Part shown: in pieces, positions 38,730 to 49,488 of the stretch | Layout of the letters: each line of letters begins with the position of its first letter | Numbering within the stretch: the first letter of the stretch is position 1 | Assembly (NCBI GenBank): GCA_951406725.2 | Contig: OX597818.1 | Coordinates: forward strand, 137,578,001-137,642,000 | From: Octopus vulgaris | Lineage: Eukaryota | Reading direction: 5' to 3' | Length of the DNA: 64,000 nt | Program-made: the position numbers and the translations under genes | Notes under the pieces: model-generated | Databases searched by the model: none | What the model was told of the DNA's origin: nothing | The model's input: the letters and a program-made list of their open reading frames with translations, nothing else

Positions 38730-41700
38730 TCAGAATTTGGGCACTATGGCCCACTCAAGTAGAGAGTTATTGTTTACAGAGACATATCCGGGTGTAGGGG
38801 GTTTATCCGGGATTTCTTGAAGGAATCTGTCCAAAGACTTCTTGAACCCTATAGGGTCAGTTTCTGTTTTAATGTGTTTTGGTGTAATGTTAAAGAGAGC
38901 GGGGCCAATTGAGGTGAAATAATTGTGCCATATTGTTGTTATGAGATGAGAGTGCGATTTTTGTTTTGGGCGGATGGCACGGGGCCCAAGCCTTGGATGT
39001 ACCTTAAAGGTGATGCCAACATCATTTGGGCAATGCTGATGGAATATTTTCCACATCATGCAGATGATGTAGCGCTCACGACGACGTTGGAGAGAATAGA
39101 GTTTTAGCTTTTCTAGTCGACCCCAATAGTCGAGGCCTGTCATGCCATCTATCTTTTTTGTGATTGCCCTTTGAGGTGCTTCGACTTTTTTGATACCTTG
39201 TATTGTGTGGGGAGACCACAGTGGACAACAGTATTCAAGGTGGGGTCGGGCAAAAGTGGAGAAGAGAAGGATAATGGTGTGGATATCTCTCGACTGGAAA
39301 GTTCTGAGAATCCAGGAACACATTCTGCGGGCCATGTCAACTTTGGTGTTTATATGAGTGGCCCAGCTTACGTTGTTGTCCACAATTACTCCCAAGTCTC
39401 TGATGTTGTTGGACGCCGCGAGAGTTTCACCTGAAGGAAGGGAGTATGGGAGTTTCAGGGCATCCTCTTTTCCAAAGTGGATTAGCTCAAATTTATCCTC
39501 GTTCAGCAGCATATTGTTTTTTTCTGCCCATTGGATAACAGCCAGTAGATCTGACTGAAGGCATGTCCGGTCACTCGCCTCATTTATGACCTTCTGTAGC
39601 TTGGAGTCATCTGCAAAGATTTTTATGTTGCTGTGCTTGATGATGTCATTAATGTCATTAATGTAAATGATGAAAAGAAGTGGGCCCAGCACAGTGCCTT
39701 GCGGAACGCCACTACTGACTTTGGCTGGGCTTGATTTTACCCCTTCAACTACAACATGTTGAGATCTGTCTGTCAGGAAACACTTAATCCATTTCAGTAA
39801 CTTTCCAGAGACACCAATGTTGGATAGTTTTTTCAATAGGATCTTGTGATCGACCCTGTCGAAGGCCTTACTGAAATCAAGGTAGATGACATCGGTGTTG
39901 GAGCCCTCTCCCAAAGCTCTCAAAATATCCTCAAAGTGATGCAGGAGCTGCGTTAGGCAGTCCCTTCCATTACGGAACCCATGTTGGTTGGAGATCAGCC
40001 GTCTGTTGCTTTCCAGAAATTGGGTTATTTGAGATCTCACCACCCTCTCAAATACCTTGATGATATGAGAGGTGAGTGAGATCGGACGGTAATTCACTGC
40101 AAGGGACTTGTTCCCCTTTTTGAAAACTGGGACAACAGACTGGGACAGAAGGTTTTTTGGAATATAGCCAGCATCCAGTGAGTTTCTCCACAGATTAGCA
40201 AGGGGAGATGCAAGTTGGTGTCGACACACCTTCAGGACACAAGCAGGGAACCTATCGGGGCCTACTGCTGAATTGTGTTTTATTTCGTTTATCGCCGCTA
40301 AGACATCAGGGGCACTAAACGTTATGTCCGATATAGTGTGTTGGGGGTTGACATCACTGATACAGCCCAGATCGGCCATATCAGGATTGCTGAAAACAGA
40401 GCAGTATTGTTTCTGCAGTATCTCGGCCATGGATTTGGCATTATCTTGGAGAGTGCCAGTTTCGTCAATTAGAGGGCCTACAGTGGAGACCGTGACCCTG
40501 CGTTTCCTCGCAAATGAAAAGAACACTTTGGGGTTGAGTTTGATTTTTTCAATGGCCCACTTCTCCTCAGCTGATCTTTGGTTATTGATGAGGGACTTCA
40601 TGCATTGTTGGAGGTTATATTTTTTGGATTCAAGCAGTGCGATAGCCGTCGAATGTGTGTGTTGCTGTTGGCAGTACTTTAGTTTGTTAATTTTTTTGTT
40701 TGTTCTTTTTATTTTTCTGATAATGGTTTTTCTGTTTTGGGGGATTCTGCACTTTTTGTTCACAGGTCTTGGTGGGGAGTGTTTTGCACATATGTCTGTG
40801 ACGGTGTCTACAAAGATCTGCCAAGATGTTTTATGGTTGGTGGAGATGTGTGTATGTGTAAAGGACCAGTCAACATTTGATAGCTCGTTCCTGATTGCAT
40901 CCCAGTTGGCTTTATGGAGATCCATGTTGTCAAATGGGTGGGCTGGAGGAAGGTCACTAGGATTAGCTTTCGGCTGGTGGAATTTCATGTTACAGAGAAC
41001 CATGTCATGGTCTGAAAGAAGGGTTTTTTCCACTGTAACGTTATGTATAGTGTTAGTGTGGTTACTAAACACTAGGTCCAAAATGTTCTGATGTCTTGTT
41101 GGTGCAAGGACAAGTTGGGACAAGAAAAACTCATTCGTAAAGTCGAAAAGTGACTCTGCTGCTTCTTTGTCAGCGGTTGAGGCGGGAGTGCTTGGTTTCA
41201 AACAGTTTGTAGTCCAGTCAACACAGGGTAGATTGAAGTCTCCCATCATGAGTATGTTGCTAGAATGGCACTGTTGAATAAAGCACTTAATGCTGTTGAG
41301 GCATTCTTTAAAGCACAGTATGGGTGTTTGGGGCGGCCTATAGAGCCCAATTACTGTCAGATCATTGGCTTTGTTGTGCACGGTGACTGATTCACAGTAG
41401 CCGTTGGAGAATATACTATTTCCATCTGCCGTAAATGAATCATGCAGGAAAATGGCAGTTCCACCCTTCCTCCTGCCGATACGATCCGCGCGGATGGTTG
41501 TGAAATTCTTCACTCTCACTTCGGCTTCCAAGTGGGAGTTGTCAAGGTGGGTCTCAGTGAGAATGAAGAAAGGGATGTGGTGTGAATGGTTACCAACCCA
41601 GTCTTCAATGAATTGGACCTTCCATTTTTGTGCATTGATGGAAGGGCTGACACCTTGTGCATTGAGTAGGAATGTGGAGGTTAGTGTAGTGGCTGGTTTT

Positions 41701-41969
41701 GACTGTTGCAGGGGGCTTGGATTTTTTGTGTGTGTTAGTGGCAGCAATGTGGGGAATTGGTGCACTGGGGTAATAGCATAGGATGGTGTTGAGTGATGGC
41801 TAGAATGTTTTTGTGTATCTCTTTTGCCATGTTCAACATGGCTAAAAAGAATTTTCCTGCTTAGGGAGCAGTTTTTGGCTGGAGGTGTGGTTGCACTGTT
41901 GGATAGGGTTGTAGTTTCCACTTTTGTTGTTGTTGTTTTTGTGTCTTCCTGAAAAGACTGGACCAGCAT
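38730..41969 (-). CDS. LINE ORF2: AP endonuclease + reverse transcriptase (1079 aa, uninterrupted)
   Basis: APE motifs LLNAQG, LTETHL, GGTAIF, GLYRPP, MGDFN, PTRHQNILDLVF, SDH; RT motifs NYRPISLTS, QHGFR, YLDFSKAFD, GVPQGTVLGP, FADD; CR1-type C-terminus LYSLQRRRERY. Confidence 0.97.
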   Translation of the reverse strand: MLVQSFQEDTKTTTTKVETTTLSNSATTPPAKNCSLSRKILFSHVEHGKRDTQKHSSHHSTPSYAITPVHQFPTLLPLTHTKNPSPLQQSKPATTLTSTFLLNAQGVSPSINAQKWKVQFIEDWVGNHSHHIPFFILTETHLDNSHLEAEVRVKNFTTIRADRIGRRKGGTAIFLHDSFTADGNSIFSNGYCESVTVHNKANDLTVIGLYRPPQTPILCFKECLNSIKCFIQQCHSSNILMMGDFNLPCVDWTTNCLKPSTPASTADKEAAESLFDFTNEFFLSQLVLAPTRHQNILDLVFSNHTNTIHNVTVEKTLLSDHDMVLCNMKFHQPKANPSDLPPAHPFDNMDLHKANWDAIRNELSNVDWSFTHTHISTNHKTSWQIFVDTVTDICAKHSPPRPVNKKCRIPQNRKTIIRKIKRTNKKINKLKYCQQQHTHSTAIALLESKKYNLQQCMKSLINNQRSAEEKWAIEKIKLNPKVFFSFARKRRVTVSTVGPLIDETGTLQDNAKSMAEILQKQYCSVFSNPDMADLGCISDVNPQHTISDITFSAPDVLAAINEIKHNSAVGPDRFPACVLKVCRHQLASPLANLWRNSLDAGYIPKNLLSQSVVPVFKKGNKSLAVNYRPISLTSHIIKVFERVVRSQITQFLESNRRLISNQHGFRNGRDCLTQLLHHFEDILRALGEGSNTDVIYLDFSKAFDRVDHKILLKKLSNIGVSGKLLKWIKCFLTDRSQHVVVEGVKSSPAKVSSGVPQGTVLGPLLFIIYINDINDIIKHSNIKIFADDSKLQKVINEASDRTCLQSDLLAVIQWAEKNNMLLNEDKFELIHFGKEDALKLPYSLPSGETLAASNNIRDLGVIVDNNVSWATHINTKVDMARRMCSWILRTFQSRDIHTIILLFSTFARPHLEYCCPLWSPHTIQGIKKVEAPQRAITKKIDGMTGLDYWGRLEKLKLYSLQRRRERYIICMMWKIFHQHCPNDVGITFKVHPRLGPRAIRPKQKSHSHLITTIWHNYFTSIGPALFNITPKHIKTETDPIGFKKSLDRFLQEIPDKPPTPGYVSVNNNSLLEWAIVPKF

Positions 41970-42960
41970 TACTGCAGCATGGTGTGTTTCTATTTTTATT
42001 GTTATTCAGGTTTGTGTGTTGGCTTGAGGCCCCGTTTCTGTTTGTGCGTCGGGTCCCTGGAAGATGAGTGAAGGGACAGTCACTCAGTAGACATGTTCTC
42101 TCACGTTGGGAATACCGGCAGATTTTGGGACTCCGAGTTGTGTGTGTTTTGAATTTCGATTTACTATTTGGTGGTGTTGATGTTATTGTGGGATGCGTGC
42201 TTTGGCCTTGGCCAGTAGTGCGTCTAGTGCCGGGTAGATGCGTGAAGATGCAGTCACTATTTGTGCAGAGTCTCTGGCGCAGTGAATAGCGGCATATTTG
42301 GGGATTTCTTGTTTGTGCCGTGGGGGGCGCATTCTGCTTCCTATGTTTCTTTAAGTTTTTGTTACTGCAGTAGTATTGAAGTGGTGATGTGGGGGAAGAG
42401 GGCAGTGGTTTCTTATTTGGTTTTCTGTTGGTATTTTTGGTGATAGAAGACGATGGTGGCAGCGGTGGTGATGATGATGATGATAATTGTGGTGGTTGCT
42501 GTGAGAGCGGTGAAAAGATACTGGCATTTAGTGAATCTAGTAAGCTAGAGTTGAGGAGTGGCTGTTGTTGTTCTTGTTGCTGTGGCTGTTGTTGTTGTTG
42601 TTGTGACTGACCGATGTCAGGGTCAGCCATTGTGTTGGGAACCAGGAGTGGCTCATTCTGTTGTTGTTGTTGTTGTGGCTGCTGATTTTCTAGCTGTTGT
42701 TGTTCTTGAACTGTGAAAATATGTAGAAGCTTTTCATAATGGCCTCTTATCAGTTTGAAAGATACTTCGATATGTTTCAACTTGCTACGAATCTGTTTGA
42801 CGGATCGTGTGTTGACCACTTGTGATGTTTTTTCGGCAATCTCATTCAAACACAAGACATTTAGATTTTCTGTTTGGGAAAGAGAGAGCCATGTGTTTAT
42901 TAAAACATCAATTTCGTTATCAGACCAATTTCGTCTGTTGCAGGCCTGCAAGTTAGTCAT
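41842..42960 (-). CDS. LINE ORF1 (372 aa from the first ATG): Myb/SANT-like N-terminus, polyQ/Pro-Ser linker, two CCCH zinc fingers
   Basis: NWSDNEIDVLINTW...EIAEK...RSVKQIRSKLKHI; CRYSLRQRLCTNSDCIFTH and CRYSQRERTCLLSDCPFTH (C-x8-C-x4-C-x3-H). Confidence 0.85.
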   Translation of the reverse strand: MTNLQACNRRNWSDNEIDVLINTWLSLSQTENLNVLCLNEIAEKTSQVVNTRSVKQIRSKLKHIEVSFKLIRGHYEKLLHIFTVQEQQQLENQQPQQQQQQNEPLLVPNTMADPDIGQSQQQQQQPQQQEQQQPLLNSSLLDSLNASIFSPLSQQPPQLSSSSSPPLPPSSSITKNTNRKPNKKPLPSSPTSPLQYYCSNKNLKKHRKQNAPPTAQTRNPQICRYSLRQRLCTNSDCIFTHLPGTRRTTGQGQSTHPTITSTPPNSKSKFKTHTTRSPKICRYSQRERTCLLSDCPFTHLPGTRRTNRNGASSQHTNLNNNKNRNTPCCSNAGPVFSGRHKNNNNKSGNYNPIQQCNHTSSQKLLPKQENSF

Positions 42961-43378
42961 GTTTGTTTTTCTTTTGTTTGTTTTCCTTTTGATTTTTGAA
43001 AATATATATATTCTTTCTTGGGAGTTAAAGAAGTGTATATATATATAAATGTTCTCTCTTAAGGGTGTGAGTTTTTGATTATTTGGTTGTTTGAGGATAT
43101 TAAAAGAAAAAACAGGTGTATATAACAATTTGTAGTTAAATGAAAACGTACTTACGGGTTTGTAGGCAAACACGTGGTTACAAATATATATATATTTAAG
43201 GTCAGTTAGGTTTTGAAGCTGTGTAGCTTGCTACTGACTTGGGAGAGAAACAAATAGACGTCCGTCCAGTTCAACAGTATATATCCTTGCCTCTTACATT
43301 ACATGTTAGTATATATATATATGTACAAACATATATATATCCTTGCCTCTCACATTACATGTTAGTATATATATATGT

Positions 43379-43430
<52 letters not shown>

Positions 43431-43440
<10 letters not shown>

Positions 43441-43592
43441 GGCATTATACATACATGCCAGAAGGCATTATATATATACATGCCAAACGCTAAGAGGGAC
43501 AATTAGTCATTTCTACCTAATTGTCCCTCTTAGCGTTTGGCATGTATATATATAATGCCTTCTGGCATGTATGTATAATGCCCTCTATATAT
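43431..43592. repeat. Perfect inverted repeat (76-bp arms, 10-nt spacer) in (TA)n
   Basis: ...ctaagagggacaattag tcatttctac ctaattgtccctcttag... Confidence 0.95.
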
Positions 43593-43781
43593 AAATTAAT
43601 ATGTTCAATAAGAAATAATTATTTTCGAAATTTTTTCTCTTATGAGGTTTTTACGCTATCTACCTGACAATTTCTTGCTAAGTTTTCCTTATTAAGTAGT
43701 TGTCCTTAATTGCTATATATATATATATATATATATATATCCTTGCCTCTCATATTACATGTTAGTATTTATATATACGTA

Positions 43782-45014
43782 CAAGTTTGGACAAAAAATG
43801 GAAACATCTTAAAATTTCAAACAAATATATTTTAATATGGGGTAGGCCCGCCTTTGGCAGTAACTACAGCTTGAATTCTACGAGGTATGGAATTGTTTGC
43901 AAAGGAATGTTTGTCCATACTTCAGCTAAAACAGGCTCCAGTTCTTGTAGTGATGATGGTGGAGGATATCGACTCCTTGCCTATTTTTCTAAAATGCTCC
44001 ACAAATGTTCAATAATATTGAGATCTGGGGACGGTGGTGCCCAGATAAGATGTTCAACTTCACTAGAATGTTCCTCGTGCCATTTAGTAACACCTTTAGC
44101 CGTGTGAATTGGTGTATTATCATCCTAAAAGATTGCGTTTCCATCTGGAAACAATTCCGCACTCATGAGATGAAATTGATGAGATAAAGTGCTTAAATAG
44201 TCCTGACTATTAACTCTGCCATGAAGGGAAACCATTGTGTCGGCGGATTTCCAATATATAGCCCCCCCCCCCACCAGATCCTCACAGATTCTCTTTCATG
44301 TTTGACAGTTGGAAGAAGGCAGTCTGGGTCAAATGTCCACACGTATACTCGGCCGGTGGTCGGAAATAAAGTAAAGGATTATTCGACCGAGAAAATAACC
44401 TTTTTCCACTGCTCTAGGGGCCAATTCTTAAGGTTTTTACTCCACTCTTAACGCTTCGCAACATTTGTTTTTGAAAGCAGTGGTTTTCTGATTGCAGCCC
44501 TCCCGTGAAATCCGGCTTTGTGCAGCTCCCGGCGAACAGTTTTTGTGGAAACTAGGTTCTCGAGGTAGTCATTAAGCTCTGCAATAATTTTTGGAGTTGT
44601 ACTTTTGTGATCATTTCTAACAATTTGCTTAAGAATCCGACGGTCCCTATCTCAAAGTTTTGGTTTTCTTCCGGATTTTTTTTTCGACGAGGAGTTTTAT
44701 CCCTTTTTCTCAAAGGTTGTCATTACTTTCGAGACAGTACTTCTTGATACATTAAACATTTCGTTTTCGTTAAGCTAGCGCCTGCTATACGAGTACCAAC
44801 GATTCGACCTCTTTGAAAGTCCGATAGATCTGTCATCTTAACGTATTTTAATTACCTTTTTCTGACGATATCTGGAAGGAAACAACAATTTTAGCAAAAC
44901 ACAATAAGCAGCACTAATGATAAATCAAAAAACATAAAAATAAACAAGCTTTGATCGGTTTCAAAATTATGTTGCTATGATGCTAGGTGTTTCCATTATT
45001 TTGTCCAACCCCTG
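43782..45014 (-). mobile_element. Tc1-like (DD34E) transposon, full length but decayed
   Basis: TA-flanked TIRs caagtttggacaaaaaatggaaacatct / aggtgtttccattattttgtccaacccctg; transposase from ATG 44836 MTDLSDFQRGRIVG... to DDNTPIH...WAPPSPDLNIIEHLW, with frameshifts. Confidence 0.9.
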
Positions 45015-45420
45015 TATGCATGTGTGTGTTTGTGTGCACGCGTTTAAGTGTGTAAGCACATATGGATTGATAGAAGGATAGATAGGTGCCATAAACGCTC
45101 AACTAGGGGGCGTCGTCGTAACATAAGGCGTTGCACTCAAATCTGGCGTAAATCAGTCCTTTCAAGTTCTCTGAACAGTCTATTTTTTTTACAGAAGGAA
45201 AGTGAAACAAATAATAAAAGATAGAGAGAAAGAAAGATATCAGCCCCAGTGCATGACTGGGTCCTTATTCTATTCGTGAACCTCGAAAGAATGAACGGCA
45301 ATGATGATGTCTTGATGTCGACGCGTTTTTAACTCGATTCTCAATGAACCGAAATGATTACCGGGAAACGATCTACCCACTGTTCTAATGAATGTGAAAA
45401 GTGGGCACCAATAGGATATA

Positions 45421-45630
45421 TACGAGGCGGTGTAGAAAAGGTCCTAACTTTAAAGGTATTGCGAAAGGCCTGGTTGGAGGCCCAACCTTCCAAGTTTTTT
45501 TACAGGGCCTAGAAGGACCGCTGCAATAAGTGTGTGAATCTGAGTGGGGAATATTTTGAATAAAATCTTAATTAACTGACCCTCCTGTATTTTCTTTCAC
45601 TCAAAGCAAGGAACTTTTCGGCTCCTCGTA
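45421..45630 (+). mobile_element. Mariner-derived MITE
   Basis: tacgagg...aaaaggtcct / aggaacttttc...cctcgta termini; internal RCNKCVNLSGEYFE* mariner C-terminus. Confidence 0.8.
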
Positions 45631-46511
45631 TGAATATATATAGTATTATTTGTGTATTCTCTCTTTAAAATAATGAGGAGCTCTGGCGCTTGTTATTGTA
45701 AGGATTATAATTACTTCTAGATAAATTCGACATCATAGGGGACTGAAAAATTTAAATGTATTAAATTTTAAGAGTAACGAAGATCCACAGAAGCTACATA
45801 TTTAATAATGTTTACTACTCATTATAAAGATCTTAAATATTGTGCTTAATCATCGGTGACCATGTATAGCGCCATTTCATCCCTATTTGAAATTACCAGC
45901 ATGACATAACCCGAGGCCAATAAATTTTCAAGCGGATATAGTTTACAAGACATTCAAACGAAATGTCTTTTTCGTTCTTTTCTTTTGTTGCACGTTCACA
46001 GTTCAATAAGTTGGAGAGAAGAAAAAAGAGGACAGAGAGAAGAGTTCCACATACAGATGAATTACTTCTAGGGAATTTCTACGCTGTGAAAGAGCTCAAA
46101 AATTTAGTTATTATACTAGTCTTGACCACAAACAAACTTCACAAGCCGTTTCTGGTGTCTTCATTCTGGGCATGGATAATATATATCGACTGCTATTACA
46201 TATTAGTTTATACTTCGTAATGTTTGTAGAGGAAAATTTCTTCGAACACAACGCCGTCTCTATCGCCATCTATTTATGCGGATTTTAAATTAGAAATCTC
46301 AGAGTAGGTTTGTCATGTAGAGCACTGACAGCAGTTATTGCAAAGAAGATAATCAGTTTAAATTAAGTCCTTTATATTAAGAGTAGCAAACATTTTAAAT
46401 ATTTTGTCTACTTGCCTTCGTTAAGAATTGGGTATTAACGAATATACATATACATACATACATACATACATACATACATACATACATACATACATACATA
46501 CATACATACAT

Positions 46512-46545
<34 letters not shown>

Positions 46546-46752
46546 TTCAATACGGAGCAATCACGAGAAAAATAATTCACTTCCAAATACTTGAATGTAT
46601 GCTGAGAGATTGTCTTAGTTCGTTTCCCTCCGGACGGTTGATTTCTGTAGTTATTATCAGTATATTTTGGCGATTTAAATGAGAGTCTTGACTGTTATTT
46701 CCAGCAGGTAGACACACTTAGTATGTCCTTTGATTAATTTTAACCCTTCAGC

Positions 46753-46783
<31 letters not shown>

Positions 46784-46838
46784 GTGTGTGTTGTGTATGT
46801 ATATATACATTTGTATATGTACATACTTACATCTTTAC

Positions 46839-46904
<66 letters not shown>

Positions 46905-46916
46905 CTGTGTGTGTGT

Positions 46917-47221
46917 GTGGAGTCGCAATGGCCCAGTGGTTAGGGCAGCGGACTTCGCGGTCGTAGGATCGCGATTTCGATTCCCAAACTGGGCGTTGTG
47001 AGTGTTTATTGAGCGAAAACACCTAAAATCCCCACGAGGCTCCGGCAGGAGGTGATCCCTGCTGTACTCTTTCACCACTCTTTCTCCCACTCTTTCTTCT
47101 GTTGGCCTGCTCGCTTAGCCAGCGGGGTGGCGTCATTCGAAGGCTAAAACAATGCGAACGCATTGTGACCAGCGATGTGTAACTACATCTGATGGACTGG
47201 TCGGTCTCGTGATCATGTGAT

Positions 47222-47228
<7 letters not shown>
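46917..47228 (+). mobile_element. tRNA-derived SINE with family-B head and a different tail
   Basis: 5' ~180 bp matches 15683-15865; 3' part matches 29870-29991. Confidence 0.85.
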
Positions 47229-47263
<35 letters not shown>

Positions 47264-47274
47264 GTGTGGGGGGG

Positions 47275-47621
47275 GGGCACAGGACGTCACGAAACATGTG
47301 CAACAAAAGATACGAAGTACGAGTACATGGAATATGAACTATTTTTTCGAACAATGAAAGAAACAAATGGAAAACAAGACAAACAACTCAAAAAATGACC
47401 CTTCATCAGTTGTTGGCTGTTTTTCTACTCTCGTATTTCGAGCATTTATGTTGTTAAATGCTCGAAATAGGAGAGTAGAAAAGAACCATAAAGTGATGAA
47501 GGGTCGTTCTTTGAGTTGTCTGTCTTGTTTTCCAGTTGTGTCTTTCGTTGTCCGAAAAAACAATTCATATTCCATGTACTCGTACTTCGCATTCTTGTTG
47601 TACACGTTTCATCCTGTGCCC
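47275..47621. repeat. Imperfect ~350-bp palindrome; single-arm relative at 50270-50460
   Basis: gtacgagtacatggaatatgaa / ttcatattccatgtactcgtac; centre gagcattta tgttgt taaatgctc. Confidence 0.9.
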
Positions 47622-47632
47622 ACATATGCACA

Positions 47633-47735
<103 letters not shown>

Positions 47736-47799
47736 ATATATATATATATATACGCATAGATGTAAGTATATACGTATACGTATGTGCATATATATATAT

Positions 47800-48622
47800 A
47801 AATAGTTATCGCCAAGCTAATATGGCAGTCCAGGAAAATAGAACAAATACTGCGGTTGACTATCTCCAAGAGGCGATCGCCTCTAGCTAGCTATGTGACA
47901 CACAAACCTGTGCTCATTACAACCTTCGAACAGGGGAGGTCAGCAGGTCCCTCTTGCTTGTTCCACATCTACCGACTAGTTTCGGGGTATTTACCCCTTC
48001 TCAATGTGGAGTAGCCGAACTCAGTAGGCGTCGCTGCTGACTGTCTGTTCGAAGGCTTATTTATATATATTCAGTGCAACACATCTACTGGTTTTCAAAA
48101 ATAGAAATATTAATATTTCTAAATATCTCGAAAGGTGACTACGGCAGCAGTACTTGATATTAATAGTTATCGCCAAGCTATCATGCCAGTCCAGAAAAAT
48201 AGGGCGAATGCTGCCGTTGATTAGCTCCAAGAGGCCATCGCCTCTAGCTAGCTATGTGACACACAAATCTGTGTCCATTACAACCTTCGAACAGGGGAGG
48301 TCAGCAGCTTCCCCTTGTTGGTTCAGCATTCACAGGGATATATTCCACTGATTATATATATAAATAAATCTTCGATCAAACAGACAGCAGCGACGCCTGC
48401 TGGGTTCGGCTACTCCACATTGAGTTGGGGCAAATACCCCGAAACTAGTCTGTGGTGGTGAACCAACAAGGGGAAGCTACTGACCCCCCCCTTCGAAGTT
48501 TGTAATGGACACAGGTTTGTGTGTCACATAGATAGCTAGAGGTGATGGCCTTTTGGAGCTAATCAACGGCAGCATTCGCCCTGTTTTCCTGGACTGCCAT
48601 GTTAGCTTATCGATAACTGTTA
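47800..48622. mobile_element. Tripartite direct + inverted repeat element carrying HHR-like motifs
   Basis: Copy A 47800-48060, partial direct copy B 48160-48330, inverted copy C 48370-48622. Confidence 0.85.
47962..48010 (-). ncRNA. Hammerhead motif with U3-A8 covariant core (sister copy 48415-48455 on +)
   Basis: ccaca-TTGAGAA-ggggta aa tacccc-GAAA-ctag-TC; + copy ccaca-TTGAGTT-gggg caaata cccc-GAAA-ctag-TC-tgtgg. Confidence 0.6.
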
Positions 48623-49373
48623 ATATACAATTCAATGTATCGATGGGTTGGTATGACAGTGCTGACGTCTACAATCTCGTACAAGTCGACATTACAAAGT
48701 GTATATGTTTAATTTTTACCTCCATTTGCTGCGGGAAAGTGTCCTGTTAAAGTTCTCTACATGACGCGGAGTGCTAAAGAACACTGAATGTCCCAGACCA
48801 TAATGCTTACATTCTTACTACTGATTTTAATTAGTAAATTAATTTTCCTTTACATGTACTACGCCGAAGTATACAAGCAAACAGATTTCACACTATTTGT
48901 ATAAATGTCGGAGAACGACGGTTCATTCCGTTTCGAATCTTTTCGAGTACATGGTACCGATGAACCACAATCATAGCAAAATATTAAGGTCAATCATTTT
49001 CCATCATCTCACGGCGAGTTGTCTCGCCCAGTCGTAGATATTCTGTTATTTAACACTCGGCGTCATACATCAATTTCTACCATCTCACAGGGCAATTTGA
49101 AAAGCATTTGTTCTGAGAAATAGTTGCAAATTCTCACTTAAACGACACCCTGTGTCAGTGGATGGAAAAAGATACGACATTGAATTAAAATATTAGCGGA
49201 AATCATTCATTCTGTCTTTTTCAGTCTGTGCAATAGAAGAACGAAGAAATAGAGAAAGAGAGTCACAATGAAATGAGACATAATTGCTTCAACACATATA
49301 CATTTCTGTAGATTCACATATTTATATATACACGCATTCGTATACATATATGACGATGTAGGTACATATGTGA

Positions 49374-49488
<115 letters not shown>

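Larger units (their letters stand above)
38638..43276 (-). mobile_element. Apparently full-length CR1-group LINE inserted in (TA)n
   Basis: 5' end ctgttgaactggacggacgtct, ORF1, intact ORF2, short 3' UTR with ggcc-aataat-ggcc hairpin, and (TATCAAAG)3 tandem tail. Confidence 0.92.

Noticed and set aside
40273-41781. Long plus-strand ORFs (272 and 125 aa), and similar ones over the PLE
   Set aside because: Antisense shadows of the LINE/PLE coding frames
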